A DNA stretch of 36,250 nt from a virus (lineage: Duplodnaviria > Caudoviricetes): positions 1-36,250 of IMG/VR virus record IMGVR_UViG_3300047282_000451; one strand, written 5' to 3'. Under the pieces are notes generated by a model that ran no database searches, had not been told where the DNA came from, and saw only the letters and a program-made list of their open reading frames with translations. The position numbers and the translations under genes were made by a program. Shown piece by piece: positions 1 through 11,392 of the stretch (position 1 is the first letter of the stretch; the number at the start of each line of letters is the position of its first letter).

Positions 1-3000
1 ATTAAATACACTCTTACTCCTGGGTTAGAAAATGTCGATTTTGTCTCTAATCTTGATGTAAGCAATTTTATTAAAGAATCAAAATCATTTTATCAATCAA
101 AAGGAACTGAAGAATCTTTCAGAATTCTTTTTAATGTTTTATATGGAGTTACACCAAAAGTAATTGATCTTGAGAATTATCTATTAAAACCATCTTCTGC
201 CCAATTTATTAGAAGAGAAATTGTTCTTGCAGAAAGAATTTCTGGTGATCCAAATAAACTAGTCGGACAAACTATTAGGAAATCAACCGATATAAACACT
301 CAAGCATCAATATCTGAGGTTGAAATTGTTAGTAGAAAAGGAAAAACATATTATAAACTTGGATTATTTGTTGGGTTTGATGAAAAAGATTTAATTGAGG
401 GTATATTTACGGTTCCTGGCAAAACAAAAGTCATAGGAAATGTTTCTATTGGTTCTTCAGTAATTACTGTTGATTCTACTATTGGTTTCAGTACATCTGG
501 AAATGTTATATCAAATGGGAATAATATTAAATATACTGATAAAACGATTAATCAATTTTTAAACTGCACGGGTATATCCTCTTCTATTAATTCATCATCT
601 GATTTGAGATCTGATGAAGTAATCTATGGATATGAAGATGGAAATTTGGATAAAAAAGTAGAACTTAGAATTACTGGAGTTTTATCTAAATTTGTAGCGA
701 CTTCTGATATTAAACTTACTTCGGAAGGAGAAAGAATTTTTGTCAAGAATCTTGGGGAAAAAATTTCGAATCCCGAAGAAAATAAAACCAAAAAACAAAT
801 TTTTTCAAACTCTTGGATTTATAATACAGCATCTAGATATCAAATTAAAGAAATTTCAGGATCTTCTTTTACTTTATATTCTGAAATTGATAAATCTAGT
901 TTAAAAAAATTTGATAGTGTAGACGTTTTAGTAAGAGGAACTCAAAATATTGTAGTCAGCAATGCTACAATAAAAAATATAAATTTACCCACAAAAGAAA
1001 TTTTACTCGATAATCTAGCAGGATTTACTCCAGTATTTGGTCTTTCTTATGATATAAGAAGGAATTTAAACAAAGCAAAGAGTACTGGTGCCGAAATTCT
1101 TTATGGAAATAATGTAATTACTTCTGATGTACAAAATGTTTATAATGATTCTGATCAATATCTTTATGTTGCTTCAAATTCTTTACCTTCTTATACATTA
1201 ACTAAAAACATTTTAAAGGCAGTTTTATCGGAAGCAACTGGAGATAGAATCCAAGGATACAACTCTTCATCATTGAAATATTCAATTCTTTCTTTTGATA
1301 TTGAGGTTCCTTTTATTACTGGCGATGCTGTTTATTACTTACCTCAGAATACTGCAATTACTGGTCTTTCTAGTGGAATTTATTATGTTCAGGTCTTAAC
1401 AAATAAAAATCAAATTAAACTTTATTCTTCAAGATCTTTTATACCAACTGGAGAAAATATTGAATTTGAACCACTTTCACCAGGAACTGGTAGTCATACA
1501 TTTACATTATTAGAAAATAGTAATAAAAAAATATCACCTCAGAAATTACTTAGAAAATTTCCTATACATCCAAATATTGAATCTGGATATGCTAAAGAGA
1601 CTGTACCAGGTCCAGTTGGATTATTAATCAATGGTGTAGAAATTACAAATTATAAGTCTGATGATAAAATTTATTATGGTCCAGTAGAAAATATAGAAAT
1701 TTTAAATGGTGGTTTAAACTATGATGTAATAAATCCACCAACTATTCAAATTTCAAATCCAGGATCTGGAACAACTTGTCTGGTTCGTCCTGTAATTAGT
1801 GGAATCGTAACTGCAGTTTATGTTGATCCTCAAGATTTTGATATTGATAACATAACTTCAATAACAATAACTGGTGGTAATGGTAGTGGATCCATATTAC
1901 AACCAATTATTGGAAAAAGATATAGGGAATTATCTTTTGATGCGAGATTAAACACAGAATCTGGTGGAATAGATGTTACTAATGAAACCATAACTTTTAT
2001 TAATAATCATAACTTGGTAGATGGACAAGCGATCGTATATAATAAAAATGGTAACAATCCAGTAAGCATTGGTACATTTAGTGGATCAAATAGTGACCAA
2101 AATAAAACACTACAAAGTGGGTCGGTATATTATGCCAGTATTGTCAATCAAAAAAGAATAAAACTATACCAAACTTTTTCAGATTATTATTCTGGAATTA
2201 ATACTGTAGGATTTACAACTGCAAGCAATGTTGGTATTCATAAATTTAGAACTTATGATAATAAAAATACTTTACAATCAGTTAAAGTAATTAATCCAGG
2301 AAAAGGTTATCAAAATAGAAAACTTATACTGAATCCTATTGGAATATCCACTATAAATTCATCAATTAACTTTAATAATCACGGATTTGGTGATGGAGAA
2401 AAATTGGTTTATTCATGTACTGGATCGGTAGTGTCAGGTCTTTCTACATCAAATCAATACTATGTAATTAAATTAAATGATAATTCTTTCAGACTGGCGG
2501 ATGCTGGTATTGGGGGAACAATAACGTCTAATTATACTCGCAAAAATTATGTCAAATTAACATCTACTGGGTCTGGTTATCATAATTTTGAGTATCCACA
2601 AATTCAAGTTAATATTAATGTTGAATATTCTGGAACTTCTGGTGTTATAACTGCAACTCCAATTATACGTGGATCTATAATTGATGCTTATGTTTATGAA
2701 GGTGGATCTGGATATGGATCTGATATTCTCAATTTACAAAAGAAACCATCCATATCCATTAAAAATGGTAAAAATGGACAATTAAAACCAATTATCTCTG
2801 ATGGAAAAATAGTTTCCGTTGAAATTCAAAGTAAAGGATCTGAATATAATGCCGCTCCAGATTTGGAGGTTCAAGGTGATGGTATTGGTGCAAAATTAAG
2901 AGCTGTTGTTCAAAATGGGTATATTTCCAAAGTCATTGTTCTCAACTCAGGAGTCAATTATACTTTAGAAAAAACTACAATTAAAGTAACTTCTCCAGGA

Positions 3001-6000
3001 TCTGGAGCAATTTTAGAACCAAAAATTAGAAAATTAACGATTAATAATTTTTCTAGATATGGATTCGAAAAATTAGTCGAATCTAATGATCAATTAGAAT
3101 ACTCTTTAGTTGGTTATTCTACAAATATTGCTAAAAATTATTTTGGTGATGATGGATCGAATCATTCTCCAATTATTGGATGGGCATATGACGGAAATCC
3201 AATATACGGACCATATGGTTACAGCAATCCATCGGATGAAAATTCTGGAATAAGATTATTACAGACTGGTTATTCTTCAAATATTTCCAACGTTGTGGAT
3301 AGACCCTCTTCTTTTGCGGTTGGATTTTTTGTTGAAGATTATGCATTCACAGATTCTGGAGATCTTGATGAAAATAATGGTAGGTATTGTAAAACTCCAG
3401 AATATCCTGATGGAACTTATGCATATTTCGTCGGAATAAGTACAAATGCATCTACTGGAACTTTAGATCCAAAATATCCATATTTTATAGGAAATACTTA
3501 TAGATCAAATCCATTAACAGAAAATTTCATAATTAATCAAAATACATTTGATTTTAATACTTCAAATTTAATTAGAAATACTTTCCCATACAAAGTATCC
3601 GATACTTATGCAGATAATGATTTTATTATCGAATCCAATGAATATGTGGATCAAACGGCAATTGTTGATTCAATAAAAAAAGGATCTATTGAGTCATTTC
3701 AAATTATTGAATCTGGTAGTAATTACAAAATAGGAGATTCTGTCGAATTTGATAATAGTGGAACCAATGGTGGCGGATTAAGTGCTTATGTCAGTAGATT
3801 AAATGGCAAGGATATTGTTAATATTCAAACAACAATTGAACAATACAATGATGTTATCTTTATTTGGGATAATTCAAATCAAGTTTCAGCATATATTTCA
3901 ACATCACATTCATTACTTAACGGAGATGGTGCTATAGTATCCGGACTATCAACATCAATAAAATCTTTAACTGGTTCTCATACTATAGGAGTTAATACTG
4001 TCAGAACTGTAGTTTATAAAGAAATATCTGCTAATTCTATTGCTGGGGTAGTAACTGACATTTACTTATCCAATATTCCAAACTCTATCTCAATTGGTAG
4101 TAGTATAGGAATAGGAACTGAAAAACTTTTTGTTCTTAATAAATTTACAGATAGAAATATTTTAAGGGTAAAAAGAGGGGTATCTGGTTCTGCTCATACT
4201 ACCTCAACATATGTTGACTTGATTCCAAGTTATCTATCTTTACCAATAAAATCTGATTATTTTGAATCAAAAATAAATGATAGATATTATTTCAATCCAA
4301 AAGAAACTGTTGGTTTGGGTACAGTCGTAGGGGTTGGAACATCTGTAAACTATACCAAAGGTGAATTGCTTGAGGTAATTTCAATTCCTTCACAAAGCAT
4401 TTATTTACCAAATCATTCATTTAAAACAAATCAAGCAGTTACTTTTACTAAACCATCAGTAGGACTTGCATTAACGGTATCAAATTCTTCTGGGGGAGCA
4501 ACTTTCAATATCCCCAATAGTGGAAATAGTCAAACTGTTTACATTATTAATAAATCAAGAGATTACATTGGGATTGTAACGCAAGTTGGTCTTACTACTA
4601 ATACTAATGGATTATTTTTTGTAAATAATGGATCTAATGAATTTGATTATTTACTTGAATCTAATGAAAGACAAGTAACGGGTACGATTCAAAAAATTAA
4701 TACTGTAGTCTCAGTTTCAACTGCACATTCTTTATCGAATGGTGATGAGATCAATCTGACTGTAAATCCAAATGGGTCTGTTGGAGTAGGAATATCTACA
4801 TCAGTAATTATTAAGTATAATTCTTCCAGAAATAAAGTTTTGATCAATCCTGTAGGATTTTCATCTTTATCAGTCGATATAATTACTAATAAAATTACAA
4901 TTAATTCCCACAAATTCAAAACTGGGGATAAAGTATTTTATGATTCTAATTTGGTTTCTAGTGGTTTGGGAACAGGTGAATATTTTGTTTATAGAATAGA
5001 TGATAATAATATCAATTTAACCCAAACATATTATGATGCAGTAAATTATCCACCTTCTATTGTAAGTTTAGGTTCAAGTGGTGGATCTAATCATCAGTTA
5101 TCATTAATTAATCCCGAATTATTTGTAACTAAAAATAATAATCTAGTTTTCGATCTTACAGATTCATCCCTTGTTGGTAGTAAATTTAAAATATTCCATG
5201 ATTCTGAATTTAAAAATGAATTTGTTTCTACCGGAAATACTGATTCCTTTATTGTTAGTAGTGTGGGAACAATAGGAGTTTCTACAAATGCTTCTTTGAT
5301 ATTAAATTATTCTTCGGATAATCCATCTAACCTATTCTATAATATTGAAAGGTCTGGTTTTATTAGCACATCTGATACCGATGTATCAAATTATTCTAAG
5401 ATCACTTATGTTGACAGTGAATATAATGGAAGTTACAATGTATTTGGTGTAGGAACAACAACATTTAACATTTCATTGAAAAAAATACCAGAATCTTTAA
5501 CATATACTACTTCAAATACAGATACAATAAAGTATTCTACAAGTTCAACTACAACTAGAGGTGGTGTTAATCGGTTACAAATTACATTTGGAGGATTTGG
5601 ATATAAAAAACTTCCAACTTTTGTGAGTATTGCTTCCACTCAAGGTCTTAATGCTAAAATTTTACCACAATCAACAAATATTAATAGAATTGAAAATGTG
5701 AGGATTATAGATCCTGGATTTGAATATTCTTCTGATAAAACTTTACGACCAGAAGCGTTTATATCCCCAACAGTATCTTTAATTAATTCTGACACCATTA
5801 CCGACGTAGAAATTTTATATGGTGGTAGAAATTACACATCTACTCCAGATCTTATTATCGTAAATCCAGAAACTGGAAATTCGGTAGATACTGGAATATT
5901 ACAAGGATCTTTGAATGGATCATCAATCACCGATGTCAACATTATTGAATCGCCTAAAGGACTTGGTTCTATTGAACAATCTATAGTTGCCATCAATAAC

Positions 6001-9000
6001 AGCAACGGAGTATCGGTAAAATCCGTATATTCATCATCAAGTGGAATTGTAACTTGTGTTTTAGTTACTCCTATTTCTGGATTTACCACATCAGTATTTA
6101 ATATTGGAGAGAAAATTTTTGTTGAAGGTATTCAAAAATATAATACATCTGGTGATGGATTTAATTCTGAAAATTATGCTTATCAATTCTTTACAGTAAC
6201 TGATTATAGAAATACAAATCCAGCAGAGATTGAGTTTAATCTTTCTGGTCTTAGCACAAATCCAGGAATTGCTAAAACATCACAAAATTCATATGCTTCT
6301 ATAGTTAAATATTCGGATTATCCACGATTTAAAGTTATTCAAAAACCATCCATTTTCCAATTAGGGGAAGGTTTACTGGTGTTAATGGGAGGTCAATTTG
6401 TAAGTATTGATCTTTCCGTAACTGAGAGTGGAAGTGACTATATTAAAGTTTATGGTTCTTATAAATTGCAATCAAATTTAACAATTAAAGGTTCCGTAAG
6501 TGGATCTATTGCTAATATTAATAGTATATCAGACAATTATGGAAGATTTGATGTTGATTATTCTTTGAGGCAAGATTATGGATGGTCAGATAATATTGGA
6601 AAGTTAGATGAAGATTATCAGGTTCTTCCTGATAATGATTATTATCAATCTTTATCATATACTGTAAAGAGTCCAATTGAATTTGAAACTTTAATTAATC
6701 CAGTAAATAGGTTACTACACACTAGTGGACTTAAAAATTTTGCTGATACTGAGATATTATCTACATCAAATGTTTCTGCTGCTTCCTCAACAGTCAATTC
6801 TATAAGTATTTTTGATATTTTAGAGGAAAAAAGAGTAGATACGATTAACAATTATGATTTAACTCTTGATGTTGATGTAGTTGATAATAAATCAAAATTT
6901 TTAAAACTAAAAAATAAAAAATTAACAGATTATATTGAATGTAGAACAAATAGAGTATTAAGAATTGATGATATAAGTTCACAATTTTCTAATTCTGGAT
7001 CTTCATTAGACCAGTACGTTGATTTGCCAATCAATGAAGAATATTCAAGATTTTTGGTTCAAATAATAAATCCAAATAATAGTGATGTTCAAATTACAGA
7101 ATTAGTATTTTTTAATGACTTTAATGACAGTTTTATTTTTGAAAAATCAAATATTTTCAATAGTTCACAAGAATTGGTTGAAGTATCTGCCAATTTTGAT
7201 GATTTTGGCAATTATAATTTAAGATTTATTCCAGCGGATGTTTATGATAGTGATTATGATATCAAAATTTTCAAAAATACTTTCAATAGTGATTTAGTAG
7301 GAATTTCTACACAATCAATCGGATTTGTAGATTTGACTGGTGTGAATAGAATTGTAGGATCCGGACAAACATCCGAAATTATTTCAGATAATATTTCAAA
7401 TATCAATTCGTATTATGCATCAGTAGAAGTGACAGATAATTCTACAAACAACAAGAATTTTGTTGAATTATATGTTACGCATGATGGATCAAATTCATAT
7501 TTTTCAGAATATTACGTTGACAGTGAATCTTCTCCACAATTTTCGTCTAATTTCATAGGTACTTTTACATCAAATATAGATTCTGGAATTTTATACTTAA
7601 AATATGAAAATAACACTTCTAATGAAATTCTAGTACGATCTAAAATTGTTGGATTTGGTACAACTGCATCTGGAATTGGAACTTATAGATTTAAAGAATC
7701 TGGTCAACTGGATAATACTGAAAGATCATTGAAGTTACAATCTAATTATTCTAATGTATCATCCGCTTCAACTATTGTTGGATTTAATACATCAGAGGTT
7801 ACAAGTTCCAAAAACTTAGTAAGAGTTTCTTATGGATTAACTAGTGCTATTCATCAAGTTTTAATGATGCATAATGGGCAAAATACTTATAATGTCCAGT
7901 ATCCATTTATTTCCATTGGAAGCACATCAGGAATTGGAACATTTTCAACAGAATTCAAGGGATCAGATTTTAATCTTATTTTCCATCCAGACCCTTCAAT
8001 TTCTGGAAATATTCAGGTCCAAACTTTTAGTGAAATAATTTATACTGAAAGTGATTATTTAAATCAAGCACCAGATTTATCTTATGGTCCAGTAACAGAA
8101 TCTTTATCTTTACTTCAGTATAATTCTATAAATGGAACAAGATCGAATAAAACAAGTTTTACTCTTAATTATAATGGTATTCCTATTTTTGAAAAGAAAT
8201 TTAATCCATCAAATTCATCTATATTAGATCCAGTAACTGGTATTTTTACCATTCAAGATCATTTCTTTAATACTGGAGAAAAATTAATTTACACACCAAA
8301 TTCATCATTTGTTGGAGTTGCTGCATCCGCTTTAGGCATAGGATCTACCTTAAATTCTGTAGGAATAGTAACTAATGTTTTACCTTCTGATGTTTATGCA
8401 ATAAAGATTAACAAAGATAAGTTTAAGATTTCAACAAGATTAGATTATGCTTTAAGTGGAATTTATGTAACATTTACCTCTTTAGGTTCTGGAAATTCCC
8501 ATGAACTTGAAATGTATAAAAAGAATGAGAAGTCTTTAATTAATATTGATGGAATTATACAATCCCCATTAGCATATACTCCAATCAAAACTAATTTATA
8601 CAATAATGGTGGTCAAATATCAAATTCTTCCACAGTTTTTGGTGTCATTGGAATATCTTCAATAAGACCAAACAATATTGTTAAAATAGACGATGAATAT
8701 ATGAAGGTTGTTTCAGTTGGATTGGGAACAACCTCAAATGGACCAATTAGTGGATCTGGTGGTGTAAATCTATTGGAAGTTAGTAGAGCATTTGTTGGCA
8801 CATCATCAACTTCTCACACTGATGGAAGTGAAGTAAGATTATATTCTGGATCTTTTAATATTTCTGGAAGTAAAATTTACTTTACAGATGCTCCAAAAGG
8901 CAAAAATACAATTTTGAGAGATTCTTCTAATTTAGAATATGTAAAATCATCTTTTGATGGTAGAGTTTATTTAAGAAAAAATTATACAAACAATAGAATT

Positions 9001-11367
9001 TTTGATGATATTTCTGATAGATTTACTGGTATTGGTCAAACTTACACAGTAACTATCCAAGGTATTAATACTACAGGAATACAAACTGGAAGTGGAATTC
9101 TATTATTGAATGGAATTTTCCAAAAACCTTCATCAATAAACAATGCGGGAAATAATTATTCTTTTATTGAGAATGTTGGGGTTTCTAGTGTAGTCTTTAG
9201 TGGCATTACATCTTCTAATGGATCTGTTGTAAAAAATCAATTTGATATAAATCAAAATCAATTACCTCGCGGAGGTATAATTGTATCTCTTGGTTCAAGT
9301 GGTGGACTTGGAATTTCTCCTCTTGTAGGAGCATCTGTAACTTCTGTTGTAGGTGCTGGTGGCACTATCGTATCTGTTGGACTAGGAACAACTGATATTT
9401 CTGGGTCTGGATATCGTGGTGGAACTATTTCAATTGGAATTACTGAAAATGGTCATACTGGAACTGCAGCCTCTATCACGGCAATAGTTGGTCTGGGTGG
9501 AACATTATCATTTACTATTACAAATCCCGGAACTGGATATACAAATCCAACTATTCAGATTCCACAACCATCTTATGAAAATCTTGAAGTAATGGGAATT
9601 TCAAGACTTGGAATTGGTGCAACTACTGAAAGTGGATCTGGATTGCTCATATCGGTTGATGTTGGTGCAAGTTCTACAACTGGCATAGGATCAACTTTAT
9701 TTGAAGTAACTACATTCAAAATCGTAAGACCTGGACATGGTTTTAAAGTTGGAGATGTATTTACTCCAGTTGGATTAGTTACTGATAAAAGATTAGCATC
9801 ACCTATTAGTAATTTCGAATTAACAGTTTTAGATGTGTATAGTGATAGATTCTCTTCTTGGGAGTTTGGAGAATTTGATTATATTGATTCTATTTCTAGT
9901 CTACAAAACGGAAGTCGTCTAAGATTTCCATTGAATTATAATGGTCAACTTCTTAGTTTTGAACTTAATAATAATGATCCAGACTCTGCTTTAATAGATT
10001 TAAGTTCTTTACTGCTAATATTTGTAAATGGTGTACTTCAAACTCCAGGCGAATCTTATATATTTGATGGTGGAACGTCATTTACATTTGCTGATGCACC
10101 TGAACCGGAAGATAATATTTCAATTTTCTTCTATAAGGGAACATCAGGAACAGATAGTTTAACAGTTTCTGTAAATGAAACCATTAAAATTGGTGATTTT
10201 GTACAAGTCTTTAAAAATAATAATTATCTACAAACTATTGATCAAAAATTAAGAACAATCTATGATATATCATCATCAGATAAAATTGAGACTAATTTAT
10301 ATGCCGATAAAGGTATAGATGAAAATGTATTTAAACCTTTAAGTTGGACTAAACAAAAAGTAGATAAATTTATTAATGGTGACTATGTTTATAAGTCTAG
10401 AGATTCTATTGAATCATTAGTCTATCCAACTGCTAGAATAATTAAAGATTTTACATCAAATTCCACAGAATTGTTTGTAGATGATGCACAATTCTTTAAT
10501 TATGAGGAAAATAATTCTGCTCTTGTCATTTCCAGTGTTGGTGGATTAATTGTTGCCGGATCATCTCCAGTTGCTGCCGGAATCACCGCTGTAGTTTCGG
10601 TAGCAGGAACAGTTCAATCTTTAAATATTATTAATAGTGGAAATGGTTATGTTGGTTCTGCAATTACCATTTCTATATCTGCACCATCATCAATTGGTGT
10701 AGGTGTCGGTACAACTGCAAGAGCAATTGCTATAGTAACAAATGGTCAAATAACTTCTACAACTATTATAAATCCTGGATTTGGGTATTCACAAAATACC
10801 CCTCCTCAAGTTCTCACTCCTTTACCTACATTCTTAAAGGAAGATGTCAATAACATAAGCACTGTAGAAGGATTTTCGGGAATTATTACCGGAATTAGCA
10901 CTACTTCAGGAACTTTTGGAAATCCACTTGCACTCAAATTTAATTTAAGTGCAACATCTTTTGTTGGACTTACTACTGGTTATCCAATTTATATTTTCAA
11001 TACTTCTGTTGGGTCTGGAGTAACTTCTATAAATCAAAATAATTCTGCAGTTGTTGGAATTGGTACTACTTTCTTAGATAACATTTATTATATACATTCT
11101 ATCACTTCAAGTGGATCAAATTCCGAAATAGTTGCAAACGTCGATTCAACTTCAAATATTATTGGTATTAATACCACTGGATCAATAAATCAACCATTAG
11201 GAAAATTCTCTTGGGGAAGATTATCCGGATTTAGTAGATCAAATAATCCAATATCTATTGGTGTAACTGGATTCACAGTTGACTCTGGATTATCTACTTT
11301 CCCATCTATCCAAAGAAGAGATTATGGATTACGAGATAGTGGAGCTTTGAGAAAGGATCTTGGGTAG
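1..11367 (+). CDS. gp7: Giant baseplate wedge protein (T4 gp7-like), 5'-truncated by window edge, ~3788 aa visible
   Basis: Frame 1 reads from base 1 (IKYTLTPGLENVDF...FYQSKGTEESFRILFNVLYG), in frame with the 604..11367 ORF, so the TTG at 604 is not the start. FY-x-SKGT-x2-S-x3-LF-x2-LY is the gp7-type motif. It also has the 'DNDYYQSLSYTVKS...HTSGLKNF' motif and many G-x-GY repeats, and lies directly upstream of gp8. Confidence 0.85.
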   Translation: MKYTLTPGLENVDFVSNLDVSNFIKESKSFYQSKGTEESFRILFNVLYGVTPKVIDLENYLLKPSSAQFIRREIVLAERISGDPNKLVGQTIRKSTDINTQASISEVEIVSRKGKTYYKLGLFVGFDEKDLIEGIFTVPGKTKVIGNVSIGSSVITVDSTIGFSTSGNVISNGNNIKYTDKTINQFLNCTGISSSINSSSDLRSDEVIYGYEDGNLDKKVELRITGVLSKFVATSDIKLTSEGERIFVKNLGEKISNPEENKTKKQIFSNSWIYNTASRYQIKEISGSSFTLYSEIDKSSLKKFDSVDVLVRGTQNIVVSNATIKNINLPTKEILLDNLAGFTPVFGLSYDIRRNLNKAKSTGAEILYGNNVITSDVQNVYNDSDQYLYVASNSLPSYTLTKNILKAVLSEATGDRIQGYNSSSLKYSILSFDIEVPFITGDAVYYLPQNTAITGLSSGIYYVQVLTNKNQIKLYSSRSFIPTGENIEFEPLSPGTGSHTFTLLENSNKKISPQKLLRKFPIHPNIESGYAKETVPGPVGLLINGVEITNYKSDDKIYYGPVENIEILNGGLNYDVINPPTIQISNPGSGTTCLVRPVISGIVTAVYVDPQDFDIDNITSITITGGNGSGSILQPIIGKRYRELSFDARLNTESGGIDVTNETITFINNHNLVDGQAIVYNKNGNNPVSIGTFSGSNSDQNKTLQSGSVYYASIVNQKRIKLYQTFSDYYSGINTVGFTTASNVGIHKFRTYDNKNTLQSVKVINPGKGYQNRKLILNPIGISTINSSINFNNHGFGDGEKLVYSCTGSVVSGLSTSNQYYVIKLNDNSFRLADAGIGGTITSNYTRKNYVKLTSTGSGYHNFEYPQIQVNINVEYSGTSGVITATPIIRGSIIDAYVYEGGSGYGSDILNLQKKPSISIKNGKNGQLKPIISDGKIVSVEIQSKGSEYNAAPDLEVQGDGIGAKLRAVVQNGYISKVIVLNSGVNYTLEKTTIKVTSPGSGAILEPKIRKLTINNFSRYGFEKLVESNDQLEYSLVGYSTNIAKNYFGDDGSNHSPIIGWAYDGNPIYGPYGYSNPSDENSGIRLLQTGYSSNISNVVDRPSSFAVGFFVEDYAFTDSGDLDENNGRYCKTPEYPDGTYAYFVGISTNASTGTLDPKYPYFIGNTYRSNPLTENFIINQNTFDFNTSNLIRNTFPYKVSDTYADNDFIIESNEYVDQTAIVDSIKKGSIESFQIIESGSNYKIGDSVEFDNSGTNGGGLSAYVSRLNGKDIVNIQTTIEQYNDVIFIWDNSNQVSAYISTSHSLLNGDGAIVSGLSTSIKSLTGSHTIGVNTVRTVVYKEISANSIAGVVTDIYLSNIPNSISIGSSIGIGTEKLFVLNKFTDRNILRVKRGVSGSAHTTSTYVDLIPSYLSLPIKSDYFESKINDRYYFNPKETVGLGTVVGVGTSVNYTKGELLEVISIPSQSIYLPNHSFKTNQAVTFTKPSVGLALTVSNSSGGATFNIPNSGNSQTVYIINKSRDYIGIVTQVGLTTNTNGLFFVNNGSNEFDYLLESNERQVTGTIQKINTVVSVSTAHSLSNGDEINLTVNPNGSVGVGISTSVIIKYNSSRNKVLINPVGFSSLSVDIITNKITINSHKFKTGDKVFYDSNLVSSGLGTGEYFVYRIDDNNINLTQTYYDAVNYPPSIVSLGSSGGSNHQLSLINPELFVTKNNNLVFDLTDSSLVGSKFKIFHDSEFKNEFVSTGNTDSFIVSSVGTIGVSTNASLILNYSSDNPSNLFYNIERSGFISTSDTDVSNYSKITYVDSEYNGSYNVFGVGTTTFNISLKKIPESLTYTTSNTDTIKYSTSSTTTRGGVNRLQITFGGFGYKKLPTFVSIASTQGLNAKILPQSTNINRIENVRIIDPGFEYSSDKTLRPEAFISPTVSLINSDTITDVEILYGGRNYTSTPDLIIVNPETGNSVDTGILQGSLNGSSITDVNIIESPKGLGSIEQSIVAINNSNGVSVKSVYSSSSGIVTCVLVTPISGFTTSVFNIGEKIFVEGIQKYNTSGDGFNSENYAYQFFTVTDYRNTNPAEIEFNLSGLSTNPGIAKTSQNSYASIVKYSDYPRFKVIQKPSIFQLGEGLLVLMGGQFVSIDLSVTESGSDYIKVYGSYKLQSNLTIKGSVSGSIANINSISDNYGRFDVDYSLRQDYGWSDNIGKLDEDYQVLPDNDYYQSLSYTVKSPIEFETLINPVNRLLHTSGLKNFADTEILSTSNVSAASSTVNSISIFDILEEKRVDTINNYDLTLDVDVVDNKSKFLKLKNKKLTDYIECRTNRVLRIDDISSQFSNSGSSLDQYVDLPINEEYSRFLVQIINPNNSDVQITELVFFNDFNDSFIFEKSNIFNSSQELVEVSANFDDFGNYNLRFIPADVYDSDYDIKIFKNTFNSDLVGISTQSIGFVDLTGVNRIVGSGQTSEIISDNISNINSYYASVEVTDNSTNNKNFVELYVTHDGSNSYFSEYYVDSESSPQFSSNFIGTFTSNIDSGILYLKYENNTSNEILVRSKIVGFGTTASGIGTYRFKESGQLDNTERSLKLQSNYSNVSSASTIVGFNTSEVTSSKNLVRVSYGLTSAIHQVLMMHNGQNTYNVQYPFISIGSTSGIGTFSTEFKGSDFNLIFHPDPSISGNIQVQTFSEIIYTESDYLNQAPDLSYGPVTESLSLLQYNSINGTRSNKTSFTLNYNGIPIFEKKFNPSNSSILDPVTGIFTIQDHFFNTGEKLIYTPNSSFVGVAASALGIGSTLNSVGIVTNVLPSDVYAIKINKDKFKISTRLDYALSGIYVTFTSLGSGNSHELEMYKKNEKSLINIDGIIQSPLAYTPIKTNLYNNGGQISNSSTVFGVIGISSIRPNNIVKIDDEYMKVVSVGLGTTSNGPISGSGGVNLLEVSRAFVGTSSTSHTDGSEVRLYSGSFNISGSKIYFTDAPKGKNTILRDSSNLEYVKSSFDGRVYLRKNYTNNRIFDDISDRFTGIGQTYTVTIQGINTTGIQTGSGILLLNGIFQKPSSINNAGNNYSFIENVGVSSVVFSGITSSNGSVVKNQFDINQNQLPRGGIIVSLGSSGGLGISPLVGASVTSVVGAGGTIVSVGLGTTDISGSGYRGGTISIGITENGHTGTAASITAIVGLGGTLSFTITNPGTGYTNPTIQIPQPSYENLEVMGISRLGIGATTESGSGLLISVDVGASSTTGIGSTLFEVTTFKIVRPGHGFKVGDVFTPVGLVTDKRLASPISNFELTVLDVYSDRFSSWEFGEFDYIDSISSLQNGSRLRFPLNYNGQLLSFELNNNDPDSALIDLSSLLLIFVNGVLQTPGESYIFDGGTSFTFADAPEPEDNISIFFYKGTSGTDSLTVSVNETIKIGDFVQVFKNNNYLQTIDQKLRTIYDISSSDKIETNLYADKGIDENVFKPLSWTKQKVDKFINGDYVYKSRDSIESLVYPTARIIKDFTSNSTELFVDDAQFFNYEENNSALVISSVGGLIVAGSSPVAAGITAVVSVAGTVQSLNIINSGNGYVGSAITISISAPSSIGVGVGTTARAIAIVTNGQITSTTIINPGFGYSQNTPPQVLTPLPTFLKEDVNNISTVEGFSGIITGISTTSGTFGNPLALKFNLSATSFVGLTTGYPIYIFNTSVGSGVTSINQNNSAVVGIGTTFLDNIYYIHSITSSGSNSEIVANVDSTSNIIGINTTGSINQPLGKFSWGRLSGFSRSNNPISIGVTGFTVDSGLSTFPSIQRRDYGLRDSGALRKDLG

Positions 11368-11375
11368 TATAAATA
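11368..11375 (+). promoter_or_regulatory. T4-type late promoter (TATAAATA)
   Basis: Exact gp55-type -10 box immediately after the gp7 stop and 17 nt before the gp8 ATG at 11393. Confidence 0.85.
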
Positions 11376-11392
11376 TAGGAAAAACTAGTAAT

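Noticed and set aside
604-606. TTG start for the giant ORF
   Set aside because: The same frame carries gp7 motifs from base 1, so the real start is outside the window.
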